Below, one piece after another: positions 53,501-62,426 of a stretch of DNA of 64,000 nucleotides. Source of the DNA: an uncultured cyanobacterium (lineage in GTDB: Bacteria > Cyanobacteriota > Cyanobacteriia > Cyanobacteriales > CAWUOF01); contig CAVUSO010000001.1 in the NCBI GenBank assembly GCA_963744145.1, forward strand, positions 2,752,001-2,816,000. The letters are read 5' to 3'. The notes beneath the pieces were generated by a model, which was not told where the DNA came from, made no database searches, and saw only the letters and a list, made by a program, of their open reading frames with translations. Made by a program: the position numbers and the translations under genes. Within the stretch, counting starts at the first letter, position 1. The number at the start of each line of letters is the position of its first letter.

Positions 53501-54914
53501 TGGCCCAGTCTTCGGGAAAATCGGCCCGGGTATAGACAGCTAAAGCCAGTTGATAAGCAGTGATCGCCGCATCAATATTCTCAGCTCGGCTCCCCGTGAT
53601 TTTGTTAGAGTAGGCATTTCCCAGATTATTTTGAGTCATCGCCCATTGTTCGGGGAAATCGGCACGGGTTCTGACAGCTAAAGCCAGTTGATAAGCAGTG
53701 ATCGCCGCATCAATATTCTCAGCTCGGTTCCCCGTGATTTTGTTAGAGTAGGCATTTCCCAGATTATTTTGAGTCATCGCCCAGTCTTCAGGGAAATCGG
53801 CACGGGTTCTGACAGCTAAAGCCAGGTGATAAGCAGCGATCGCGGCATCAATATTCTCAGCTCGGTTCCCCGTGATTTTGTCAGAGTAGGCAGTTCCCAG
53901 ATTATTTTGAGTCATTGCCCAGTCTTCAGGGAAATCGGCATGGGTGTAGACAGCTAAAGCCAGTTGATAAGCAGCGATCGCGGCATCAATATTCTCCGCC
54001 CGGTTCCCCGTGATTTTGCCCCTGTAGGCAGTTCCCAGATTATTTTGAGTCATGGCCCAGTCTTCAGGGAAATCGTCACGAGTATAGACAGCTAAAGCCA
54101 GTTGATAAGCAGCGATCGCTTTTTCTAAATTCTCTGCTCTATTTCCTCTTAGTCTATCGCTATAAGTATTGCCAAGACTGTTTTGCAAACCTGCCCATTG
54201 TTCTGGAAAATTTTCACGATTGTATATATTTAAAGCAAGGTTATAGGAAACAATGGCATTTTCTAAATTCTCGCCTCTTTCGCGCATTATCTTACTATTA
54301 TAAGCCCTACCTAAATTTATTTGACAATTAGCCCACTCCATCGGGTAAGATTGTTGATTAAAAATAATCATTGCTGTTTTATATGATGCGATCGCAATCT
54401 CTAAATTATTAGCTTTAATCCCGAGCGGAAACTGTTGAATTAAATTTCCAAAATAACACAGTATTGATGCTAAAAATTCTGCTTCATCGGATCTTATTTC
54501 AGTTAAAGTAGAACTACCCCATGTTTGTAGAACTACCTCAAATTGAGCATTAAGCTTATCTATATTCGACACTAAAATTGGATAAACAACTTGTGGATCT
54601 CCATTACTATGAGAGACAGTTTGTAAAACCTGTAGTAAAAAAGTTAAATTATCTTCACTTAAACTATCTTCTGACTTAGTAGCTAATGGTTTTTCCAGTA
54701 AATCCGATATTTCATTGGCAAGCCTTTGCAAAAAGCTTGCTGAATTTTTATCTCCATTTTCTGTTAATTTTTCTGCTACTTGTACTAGAATTTGAACTAA
54801 TTTAACATCAATGAGTTCTTGGTGAGCATTCAAAAGCCCTGCTTCTTCTCCGCTTGGACAACTTAGCAGTGCATTGACCAGATTAAGATAAGCATTTAGA
54901 TTCTGCTCATCCAT
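50571..54914 (-). CDS. TPR-CHAT (caspase-like) protease with 12 near-identical 46-aa repeats
   Basis: WAMTQNNLGxAYxxKITG repeats, ERSRSKRL, IIIPH, HLSHHA and LSCCET dyad, VSTLWAV, YWAAFICSG. Confidence 0.92.
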   Translation of the reverse strand: MDEQNLNAYLNLVNALLSCPSGEEAGLLNAHQELIDVKLVQILVQVAEKLTENGDKNSASFLQRLANEISDLLEKPLATKSEDSLSEDNLTFLLQVLQTVSHSNGDPQVVYPILVSNIDKLNAQFEVVLQTWGSSTLTEIRSDEAEFLASILCYFGNLIQQFPLGIKANNLEIAIASYKTAMIIFNQQSYPMEWANCQINLGRAYNSKIMRERGENLENAIVSYNLALNIYNRENFPEQWAGLQNSLGNTYSDRLRGNRAENLEKAIAAYQLALAVYTRDDFPEDWAMTQNNLGTAYRGKITGNRAENIDAAIAAYQLALAVYTHADFPEDWAMTQNNLGTAYSDKITGNRAENIDAAIAAYHLALAVRTRADFPEDWAMTQNNLGNAYSNKITGNRAENIDAAITAYQLALAVRTRADFPEQWAMTQNNLGNAYSNKITGSRAENIDAAITAYQLALAVYTRADFPEDWAMTQNNLGNAYRDKITGNRAENIDAAIAAYQLALAVYTRADFPEDWAMTQNNLGAAYWFKITGNRAENIDAAIAAYHLALAVRTRADFPEQSALTQNNLGNAYSNKITGSRAENIDVAITAYQLALAVYTRADFPEQWAMTQNNLGNAYREKITGNRAENIDAAIAAFQLALAVYTRADFPEDWAMTQNNLGNAYREKITGNRAENIDAAIAAYQLALAVYTRADFPEDWAMTQNNLGTAYRDKITGNRGENIDAAIAAFQLALAVYTRADFPEQWAMIQNNLGTAYSDKITGNRAENLDAAIAAYQLALAIYTWADFPEQWAMTQNNLGTAYRSKITGNRAENIDAAIRCFQLALEFRTPTTLPLGCLTSGINLGNLAFTEGWWDIAIEGYEQAIIAVEISRSWSTTDTSRQQILADSIDVYEKIIQSYINISNLDKAIEYVERSRSKRLVDLIASNDLYSDGEIPFQIQEYLQQYDELQAQIDTERKRFQSDSESRNEQTNKGSLILTRAVIETVTVNIESLEAQKQQIWEQIRRLDPVLSGGIQVEPLDFATIQQLIDQPHTAILNFFTTDEDTHIFIIYKDKSPQLHTCIGFGYQTLRELVVDQWLIPYLNKARDGIWYKKISELLQQLAEKLQLTTLVKNYLSDIEELIIIPHLFWHQIPFAALPLTFPTQYLTEYLADCFYLRYIPSCQILQYCQQRPPLAKINYGTVEDADDTLQCALFEGEKIAKIYNIPDHQRLKGRKRATIHNFRQLAKEVQVLHLSHHATSRLDNPLESKLILGDGSITLGQLLTPGWKLPDLSDVFLSCCETNLGIPSITDDILTIATGFLCAGARSVVSTLWAVNDLATALFSIFYYQYRQQGLNRPEALQQAQIKLRTLPGTTLDTEYKSELETYLQKQRQQVAEKLKNADKNRKKLVKGTPEYQQWDEEYKEWNKIGEKVYKITENLKFLCRQEFPFAEPFYWAAFICSGLR
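52460..54120 (-). repeat. Intragenic tandem repeat, 12 x 138 bp
   Basis: CCAGATTATTTTGA recurs at 138-nt spacing (52517, 52655, 52793, ...). Confidence 0.9.
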
Positions 54915-54957
54915 TGTTTTTGATGCTCACTTATGCTATTAACAAAATTTGACTTCC

Positions 54958-55764
54958 TTAACTTATATCCCAAAAGTTCCAAAGAATGATCGCAATTAAG
55001 AAAAACTGTAACCAGTACAATTTTACCTTAGCTACTAGATTTTTGTTTTTGATACCTCGATTAAAAAAAGAACTAACAGTGCCAACTTTTACCACCAATT
55101 TTTCTGATATTTCAGCCCAAGTATATCCATCTAACCACAACAGAGTTATTTTCTGTAAAGTAATATCCTGACGTTTTTTCATCGGCTTCCCAAAAATATT
55201 CTCAGGATTCTCCACAACTATTTCTCTGAGTTTTTCTACAAAATCAGGCTCATTTTGCTCGTAAGTCAATTGGTCTAAGTAAGTGATTTCTGATTCTTCA
55301 GCATCCCCCGATTTACCGTTGCTAATTGGTTTGTCGGCTGAAACTAGGATATCTGTAATTGGTTTCCCATTCTCAGTTCTCTTATGAATACCACGATGAT
55401 CATTACAGGCATCGATATTTTTTTTAGACTGAATAAACCTCGCCCAGTTTAAAATATCTCCCTTTTCAGGATCAAATTGCTTCCGCCGAATAATTTGGAC
55501 AACTGCCAAGTCGGTTTCTTGCTTAGTGTCCTCCGAAATTTGACGGTACTCACTGGTCGATAATCCAGATGGATGCTTTGGCTTTGAAAGCTGTCCAGTT
55601 TGTCTGAATTCTGAAAGCAGTTGAGTCAAAGCCCGCTCTCCCTCGAAACTTTTAGGTTCATGTCTTTGGGCATCCAGGGCTAGCCTATTAAAGTAGTCGT
55701 TCTGTCCAGCTTCAGTGGACTTTTCATTTGGCTCAGGAGATGACTGCTTGTCCTTGTCAACCAT
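54958..55764 (-). CDS. Cyanobacterial sigma-70-like protein
   Basis: LALDAQRH..ALTQL, FDPEKG..W, C-terminal HTH-like DGYTWAEISEKL..TVSSFF. Confidence 0.65.
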   Translation of the reverse strand: MVDKDKQSSPEPNEKSTEAGQNDYFNRLALDAQRHEPKSFEGERALTQLLSEFRQTGQLSKPKHPSGLSTSEYRQISEDTKQETDLAVVQIIRRKQFDPEKGDILNWARFIQSKKNIDACNDHRGIHKRTENGKPITDILVSADKPISNGKSGDAEESEITYLDQLTYEQNEPDFVEKLREIVVENPENIFGKPMKKRQDITLQKITLLWLDGYTWAEISEKLVVKVGTVSSFFNRGIKNKNLVAKVKLYWLQFFLIAIILWNFWDIS

Positions 55765-56159
55765 AAATAAACACTCCGTTAAGAGTATAAGTTTATATAA
55801 ATCACTGAGAAGATATCAACTTCCTAAAGACCCCTCGGTTTTCCGTAGAAAAGCTAAACGGGTTTTGATGGGAGAAGTAACCAGACGTTCTAAGTTAGAG
55901 TGGTGGGGCACTCTAAGCGAAACTGTAACGGTCTGGTTGGTTATTTATCTAGAAATATTGCTAAAGTTCTGCAAGTGCCTGAATTTTTTTTGAAATTCAA
56001 CAATTCGATCAGAGTCAAAATAGCTGGAATTGTTATCCTATAACGTTTTGAGATATCTTAAACCTGATTGGGAGTTTCTTTTCTTAAGCACATTGAACCA
56101 TTTGGACTCCTTTTTAGCAAGGTTTAGTGATTTTTCTCAAATGTCTTTGCTTGATAATT

Positions 56160-58649
56160 TTAAACTCTTCCTCTTTCTCTCTCCCTATCTCTCTGAGCAA
56201 TCTGGATTTGCATCCGATTATATAAATCAACTTGAGGATCGGAATGGCTAACGCAAGCAACTAAGGCATAACGTTGTATTTCGATATCATCTGGCTTGGC
56301 CCATTTACGATTACAACTCACAACCAGGATCATATTTCCTTTATCATAGTTTGTAGACCTAGATGAAATTTCTACTTGCCCTCTTTGGATTGTTCCTTTC
56401 TTACGAATACTTGAGCCTGGAGACAATTTAACTTCAATACCCGCTTTATATTTTTTCTTTAACTTTTGTTTTGTATTATCTGTGGACTCATCAGGAGAAC
56501 TTGTTTTGCTAGTAGTTTCATAAGCCTTCCTAACAATTTCACGATCGATTCCTTTAAACAGATCGAATTCCATTGTGACTCCTAGATATGAGTCTCCGCG
56601 AGTTGGGCGAGTTGGCGGATCAAATGCCAAGGTAATTGATAATATACGAGTGCCTTTTATTGTAAAAAATTCCGGTGGCAACTGGGGGATTTCGTAAATA
56701 TGAAAATATCCTACTTTGATGGAAATATTATCTTCTGATAGCACAACGTAGTTTTCAGCAGAATACATGGCACGTTCTAAGTTAGCTTGCCCATATCCAT
56801 AGATTTTTAACTGGTTTTTAATTTGTTTATTTGGAGATTTCTTACCTTTACATTGAAATTCGGGCGGAATTTCTTGAGGAAGAGCCGCAGAGTTGACAAT
56901 AAGTGCCCGAATGAGGTTAGAACTAGCATCTGGATATTTGGTAAAAAGTTGAGCAGCAATGTTAGCCACACGAGGAGCTGCAAAGCTTGTACCACTACAA
57001 ATATCGAATAATGAATTGGAGTAATCTTTGGATAAAGTTAAAATAGAGACACCTGCTATATTATCTGAAAGTATATTAGTTTTAGGTAACCCTAAATTTT
57101 CTCGATAACTAAGATCCAATGCTAAATCTCCACCAAAATCTACAACATCGGGCTTAATCATTCCATCAACTCCAAAACCAGTTCTAGTAAAGGGAGATGG
57201 GTATCCTGGTAGTTTGGCGATCGCTTGACGACGAACATCAGAAGGTTCTGTAATACTACCACGACCAAGTGATAAAGAACCTACGGTTAATGCAATTGCT
57301 GAAGTTGCTGGATCGATGATTTGGGCGCTCGGATTCAGCAGATAATTTGGATAATCAGTTCGTAGTTGCTCATTTGATTGTACCTCTTCATGAAAAGCAT
57401 TTCCCGCTGAAATCACAAAAACAATATTTTTATGTTTGTAGTTATAAGCAATTTCATCTATTTTTGCAGCTAGGCGAAACTGCTTCAGTCCATCTCGATA
57501 AATTTGGTCAGCATTACCTAGGGAGATATTGATGATTTTACAATTAGGATACTGTTCAACAAAAGCACGAATAGCTCGATCCAGTTGATTTTCTACAAGC
57601 AGATCCTCATCATATTTATTATCCTCGTTTGTTACACGGGCAGAAAATAGCCAAGCTGTGGGATCGAATGAACGCTGTTTTATGCAATTTTCAACATCTC
57701 CATAGATAGCAATTCCAGCCACATTAGTACCATGTCCGTTTACATCGTCAGGACCGCCTTGGATGATTTCCTGTGTTGGATCTGGGAATACTTCAGCTTC
57801 ACCCAAGACTGGAGCAATCAACGGATGACCACGTTGTACACCAGAATCAATAACAAGAATGCCGCAATTATCTTCAGGTGGGGGAATAATTTCTGGAAAA
57901 TCAGAAATTGGTAGATTATAATCAGCATTTCTTTCAAATGCAGGTTGGGGAGGGCGATCTATTTCTTTAACAATTTCTTCTTGCAGCAAAAGCTCTAAAA
58001 CTTCCTGGGTGACTTTAATTCTAGCAATACACAGATATTCACCTATGTAGCGATCGCTCATTTTCATGGAAGCAGTATCATTTGATAAACTTTCTAGCAC
58101 TTCAGCAATATCATCTAAATATTTTTTCATTTCTCGGCGATCGCCTGTGTGCCAAAGTTCCAAATCTAAGGCAGCAACTTCATCTGCTTGTACAGGCTTT
58201 AAGCGTAACAACTGACCAATCCGATCTTCAGGTTCGAGAGGAACTAGCATCTCAATTGCCCCTAATTGTTCGTATTTAGGACCTGGTTTAATCTGACTGT
58301 AATTTTCTAACCGCTTCCTGAATTCTGTTAGTTCAATGTCCGATGAAAATACCACAATGACTTTATCAGGTTCATGCGCTAGAACATTTAGTTCTATTTG
58401 ATTTACCAAGTTATCTGAAAAAGAATCTTTTTCAGCAATTTTTAGCTTGAAAATCAATTTTGGGTCAAGACGGAAAAGACTAGACTTTTTCTTATTTTCC
58501 TCAACCAAGACAGATATTTGATCTAATAAATGTTTCCCATGTTGAGCTACATCAGGACGGTTTTTACCACCAAAACCTGAAGGCGATCGTCGCTGTGATT
58601 CAATCTCTATTACTCTCGGTAATTTCAAGTGATCAAACTTATTTACCAT
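56160..58649 (-). CDS. S8 family serine peptidase (IetS-like)
   Basis: VIDSG, HGTNVAG, NISLG, VISAGN, GTSFAAP; follows an AAA ATPase. Confidence 0.9.
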   Translation of the reverse strand: MVNKFDHLKLPRVIEIESQRRSPSGFGGKNRPDVAQHGKHLLDQISVLVEENKKKSSLFRLDPKLIFKLKIAEKDSFSDNLVNQIELNVLAHEPDKVIVVFSSDIELTEFRKRLENYSQIKPGPKYEQLGAIEMLVPLEPEDRIGQLLRLKPVQADEVAALDLELWHTGDRREMKKYLDDIAEVLESLSNDTASMKMSDRYIGEYLCIARIKVTQEVLELLLQEEIVKEIDRPPQPAFERNADYNLPISDFPEIIPPPEDNCGILVIDSGVQRGHPLIAPVLGEAEVFPDPTQEIIQGGPDDVNGHGTNVAGIAIYGDVENCIKQRSFDPTAWLFSARVTNEDNKYDEDLLVENQLDRAIRAFVEQYPNCKIINISLGNADQIYRDGLKQFRLAAKIDEIAYNYKHKNIVFVISAGNAFHEEVQSNEQLRTDYPNYLLNPSAQIIDPATSAIALTVGSLSLGRGSITEPSDVRRQAIAKLPGYPSPFTRTGFGVDGMIKPDVVDFGGDLALDLSYRENLGLPKTNILSDNIAGVSILTLSKDYSNSLFDICSGTSFAAPRVANIAAQLFTKYPDASSNLIRALIVNSAALPQEIPPEFQCKGKKSPNKQIKNQLKIYGYGQANLERAMYSAENYVVLSEDNISIKVGYFHIYEIPQLPPEFFTIKGTRILSITLAFDPPTRPTRGDSYLGVTMEFDLFKGIDREIVRKAYETTSKTSSPDESTDNTKQKLKKKYKAGIEVKLSPGSSIRKKGTIQRGQVEISSRSTNYDKGNMILVVSCNRKWAKPDDIEIQRYALVACVSHSDPQVDLYNRMQIQIAQRDRERERGRV

Positions 58650-58667
58650 TATGTTCAACGTAGATGA

Positions 58668-59678
58668 TCATTTTGACTTTGCTATGATACTTTGTCTTTC
58701 TAAAAAACGGGCGATCGCTACCTCTAAATCATCAGCAGCCAAAGTCCGTTCACCTCGCAGGATCACAGCTTTAATTGCATCAGAGCAGATTCTCTCTAGA
58801 TCTGCTCCAGTAGCATTTTCCAGCCGAGCAGCAAATATAGATAAATCAATACCACTATAGCGGATAGCTGATAAATAACGACTCAAAATAGTCGTCCGTA
58901 GTTCAAATGACGGGTGATCAAAGAAAATCACTTCATCAAATCTTCGCCAAACTGCACTGTCCAATAGTTGCTCATGATTAGTAGTCGCAATGAATACACT
59001 TTGATTATTGGTATTATCGATCAACTGTAACAAACTATTCACTAGGCGCTTTACTTCACCGTGTTCATTTAAGTTATCTCGCTCGCGGGCTATAGCATCA
59101 AACTCATCAAACAAAACCAGCCATTCACCTTTTTCAATGTAGGTAAAAATTTTCTGAAGATTCGTTGCAGTTTGACCCAAGTAAGAAGAGAATACTGCTG
59201 TTAGGTTCACATAAACCAGGGGAAGTCCCAAATAACTAGAAAGGATTTTTGCTGTTTGAGTTTTTCCACATCCAGGTGGACCGCAGAAAAGCAATTTGTT
59301 TTTGGGTTTCAGATTATATGCTGCAATGATATCTTGTTTACGGTTTTCTAGGACAATTTCTTGGAGGACATCAAAAATTTTTTCATTCAGCACAATCCGA
59401 TCCCAAGTCAGATCAAATCGTTTCACATCAAGCAAAGTAAGTCCAGTATCCTTGTCTTTAGGAGGATCAGGAAATTGGTTCAGGGGATTGGAGTTAGTAG
59501 CTAGCGGTTTTGTAGATACATTTCCATTATGAAGCAACTTTTCTAAATCTCTAGCAAGTAAGACATGATTTTTATTTCTTTCTTCTTCAATTATTTCCAT
59601 AGCGGCAGCCAAAAACTCTTCTCTATCGTTATGAGAGAAGCTTTTGAAGAGTTTTCTAAGGATTTCACCACGCGCCAT
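58668..59678 (-). CDS. AAA+ ATPase (IetA-like)
   Basis: GPPGCGKT, SSYLGQT, FDEFDAI, GEVKRLVNSLLQ, LDSAVWRRF. Confidence 0.9.
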   Translation of the reverse strand: MARGEILRKLFKSFSHNDREEFLAAAMEIIEEERNKNHVLLARDLEKLLHNGNVSTKPLATNSNPLNQFPDPPKDKDTGLTLLDVKRFDLTWDRIVLNEKIFDVLQEIVLENRKQDIIAAYNLKPKNKLLFCGPPGCGKTQTAKILSSYLGLPLVYVNLTAVFSSYLGQTATNLQKIFTYIEKGEWLVLFDEFDAIARERDNLNEHGEVKRLVNSLLQLIDNTNNQSVFIATTNHEQLLDSAVWRRFDEVIFFDHPSFELRTTILSRYLSAIRYSGIDLSIFAARLENATGADLERICSDAIKAVILRGERTLAADDLEVAIARFLERQSIIAKSK

Positions 59679-59838
59679 ATTTATAATTGGATTTAACTAT
59701 TCAGCAGACTTAATTCATTATACTGTATTTTTCCTAAATAGTCAAATATACTGATTTATTTTACAGCGCAAATATCCTATTAATATTCATAATATAGCAT
59801 TAGTAAATATCAATTTATCGATCTATATTCTGTTGATA

Positions 59839-59883
59839 TTAACGCCAACCAGAATAGATGAATGTAGTCCAATAGAAAGGTTA
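59839..59883 (-). pseudogene. Degenerate orphan 3' end of a CHAT gene
   Basis: Reads PFYWTTFIYSGWR*. Confidence 0.7.
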
Positions 59884-59960
59884 TGTAAATGAGTTGTTTT
59901 GTAGATGCGATCGCTTTTTTCTCACCCTATTTATATGCTGCATCCCAAACTTGACCAACG

Positions 59961-60175
59961 GCGATCGCGGTGATGAGAAGAGAGCTGTTTTCAGGTAGAT
60001 TAAGTCCAAAACCCCCTTGACTTTTTTGGTGAATTGACATACCATATAATCATGGGAATCTGTGCAGCCCAATAATATCGGTTTTGACCAGGTAAATTAT
60101 ATCCATTCCAGCTAAACTTCGAGCAACAAACAAGGATAAATATCAATTATTGAAAACGGGTAATTGGCGATCAAC
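59961..60175 (+). repeat. Promoter-bearing repeat X, copy 2
   Basis: Starts at HIP1; TTGACT(60017)-N17-TACCAT(60040). Confidence 0.8.
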
Positions 60176-60203
60176 ATTAGTAATAAAACTACTGGGATAA
60201 ATC

Positions 60204-60473
60204 ATGGAAACTTTACTATTAGCAATTATAATTATATTGCAGATTGTGTTAATTGTTCTAATTATAAACCGTGATTACCACCTTTTACCAGAAAGTTTAG
60301 GTATTCCAGGGGACTCTCAAATTTCACAAGCAACAACCCAGAAACCAAGGGAAAGTCCAAAGAATTTATGGGATAACCCACTACCAGCATCAGCAGAGTT
60401 AAAGTTGACCGTTGCCGAATTTAAGAATAGTTATGATCGGAGTGAATCGTGGGATGGAGATTTTGTAGCCTGA
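60204..60473 (+). CDS. Small hypothetical protein with N-terminal TM helix
   Basis: 89 aa; overlaps the start of a GNAT-like remnant. Confidence 0.55.
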   Translation: METLLLAIIIILQIVLIVLIINRDYHLLPESLGIPGDSQISQATTQKPRESPKNLWDNPLPASAELKLTVAEFKNSYDRSESWDGDFVA

Positions 60474-60540
60474 AAAATTCTCCTACTCTACAAAGAGAAG
60501 AGTTTGACTGTGGGGATGAAGAAATTAATCACTATGAGAA
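60449..60540 (+). pseudogene. N-terminal remnant of a GNAT-type toxin/acetyltransferase
   Basis: QREEFDCGDEEINHY resembles the RxxFDCGxxxLNxY start of GNAT toxins; the rest of the listed ORF is read-through into repeats. Confidence 0.55.
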
Positions 60541-60597
60541 TTATCAATTTAGTGAAAGCAAAAACTCTGGCGATCGCCAAATTTATCAAGGAAATAA

Positions 60598-60687
60598 GGC
60601 GTTGCTTAATCAGGGTATGAAAATCAATCGGGGCGTATGCCATACGCCCCTACAAATTATTTATTCATACCGTAAATCAGCAACGCC
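60598..60687. mobile_element. 90-bp MITE carrying a REP-like hairpin
   Basis: GGCGTTGCT...AGCAACGCC ends; flanks GGAAATAA/GGCAATAA; empty sites visible at ~37480 and ~43903. Confidence 0.8.
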
Positions 60688-60708
60688 GGCAATAAATAAT
60701 TGCATAAA

Positions 60709-61356
60709 TCAGGACGATGATCTATTTCTATCCAAATCAATAAGGCGCTTAATTACTCGCACTACATCATATAATTCATTCTGTTGTGGGTTAACAATAG
60801 TAAATTTTTTTGATATTGCATACAGACCTAATTGCCGATCAAGCTTGACAAATATATAATCTTCACCATTCATTATCATCCCCAAAATAGGCATCTCCGG
60901 GTGTGGATTTGCCATCATATAAGCTAAAGTTTGGGGTAATGCTTGTAAAACACTAAAGCTATATTGTTTAGCTTCTATTAATACAACCCACAATAAGTTT
61001 TTGATCACCAATGTATCAATAAATCCTTCTAATATAGTGTCCCCATTTTCAATCTCTATTTTGACAAATTTTTCTCCACGAATTTTAAACGGTGGGTCGC
61101 AAAATCCCAAGAGTTCTAATAGAGGAGATAGGATAATAATGTTAACTGTGGCTTCAAGAATAAAACCATCGGCTGCATAATAGAGGTAGCGATTTTTGAG
61201 GCGATCGAGGGAGTTTTTTTCTGTCTCGGTGAGTTCAGGTAAATCATTTAGCCATTCGGTGAAGAATTGAGGCTCATTTGTTTGAGTAATGTTGAATTTT
61301 TGTTGAGCTTCATTGAGGTTAGTAATAGCTTTGGTGATGGCAATAGTTTGAGACAT
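60709..61356 (-). CDS. Type I restriction endonuclease R N-terminal-like (PD-(D/E)XK) standalone protein
   Basis: EATVNIIILSPLL, LEGFIDTLV, VLIEAK, ALPQTLAYM, MNGEDYIF. Confidence 0.75.
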   Translation of the reverse strand: MSQTIAITKAITNLNEAQQKFNITQTNEPQFFTEWLNDLPELTETEKNSLDRLKNRYLYYAADGFILEATVNIIILSPLLELLGFCDPPFKIRGEKFVKIEIENGDTILEGFIDTLVIKNLLWVVLIEAKQYSFSVLQALPQTLAYMMANPHPEMPILGMIMNGEDYIFVKLDRQLGLYAISKKFTIVNPQQNELYDVVRVIKRLIDLDRNRSSS

Positions 61357-61442
61357 AATTGTTCAGGATTTTGTTTGGGAATTTTAGCGTCAAGATATTT
61401 CAGCTATATTTTAAGCTGCTTCAAATAGAGACTTTCCGAAAG

Positions 61443-61697
61443 CTAACCACCAGTTAATCCCAGTCTAGCTCGTACTTCCGCTGCTGAAATGGTTTTTGTT
61501 TGTTGTCCGCGATCGCCCAGAAACGCCATCAATTCTTGATTCTGACGAGTTAGTTCAATTTCTTGATCAAAGTTATTAATCTCGGCTAGAATAAACTCTA
61601 AACCATCCTCTGTTTGCAGAATTAGGTTTTGTTGTCTAGCTTCTATCAGGAGCGCAATCAGGGCTGTTGAGTCAAGTGGTACATTAATAATCTTCAT
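61443..61697 (-). CDS. Small antitoxin-like protein
   Basis: 84 aa ending ISAAEVRARLGL; start overlaps the stop of an upstream remnant. Confidence 0.6.
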   Translation of the reverse strand: MKIINVPLDSTALIALLIEARQQNLILQTEDGLEFILAEINNFDQEIELTRQNQELMAFLGDRGQQTKTISAAEVRARLGLTGG

Positions 61698-61765
61698 AAT
61701 TCAAATTCTTTCCCCCGGATATAAAGTTTGTTGTGTTTCTTAAAACCTACAACTTCAATCTTGTC
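61694..61765 (-). pseudogene. C-terminal remnant of a RelE-like toxin
   Basis: Reads IEVVGFKKHNKLYIRGKEFEL*, with TGA overlapping the next ATG. Confidence 0.45.
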
Positions 61766-61915
61766 TTTGTTTGATAGTTTTAAGTATGGCATCAGGCTAA
61801 AAAGTACGATCGCTGCTCTGATCTCACTATTGATATTCTTCATCCTCAATTTTATCAACTGCGATCGCGAAACCCTTTAATGAAATAATCAAGGGAATAA
61901 AAATGATCAATCTCA

Positions 61916-62359
61916 CTACAAAATCGTCAAATAAGTTTCGGTTGGACTGATGGGTAAGGGTTTTAAAGTTTGATTCTTCAAGTCTATTTCTAACCCCAAA
62001 GATTCCAAAGGAATTACTCCTAAAAGAGCATCTCTCCCTCCTGGTAACTCTAAACACTCAAAGGTTCCTTCCCGCTCAAACATTGAGATTTTGGCATCTT
62101 GGAAAATTCGGGCTTTACCAATACCCATTGCTGTAGCTACGTCCACTTCTTTAAGGAGTTTCAGTCCCAGCTTGGCGATCGCATCTGCTGGTAAACACAA
62201 GGTTGTTGCTCCTGTATCTACTAAGACATTTTTGAGTGTGATTGAGCGAATTTGTTCTTGGGAAATTGTCCCATCTTCAGCTCTAATTTGGTCGGCTCGA
62301 TTAATAATTGTCAGCGTGGCAAAAACTTTTCCCATTTCTTGTTTACTTTGAATTGGCAT
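61916..62359 (-). CDS. Clan AA aspartyl protease, copy 2
   Basis: VLVDTGAT; differs from copy 1 at about five residues. Confidence 0.85.
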   Translation of the reverse strand: MPIQSKQEMGKVFATLTIINRADQIRAEDGTISQEQIRSITLKNVLVDTGATTLCLPADAIAKLGLKLLKEVDVATAMGIGKARIFQDAKISMFEREGTFECLELPGGRDALLGVIPLESLGLEIDLKNQTLKPLPISPTETYLTIL

Positions 62360-62426
62360 TGGTTACCTCCTCCTTAAGAGTTGGAGTTTTGTCTACTTTT
62401 ATTATAACTTCGCAACGGTTAGAAAT

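Noticed and set aside
52460..54120. CRISPR-like or DGR-like array
   Set aside because: The repeats are in-frame 138-nt coding TPR units without unique spacers, and no RT is nearby
60540..60859. Remainder of the 136-aa ORF at 60449
   Set aside because: Reads through a MITE and antisense into the next gene
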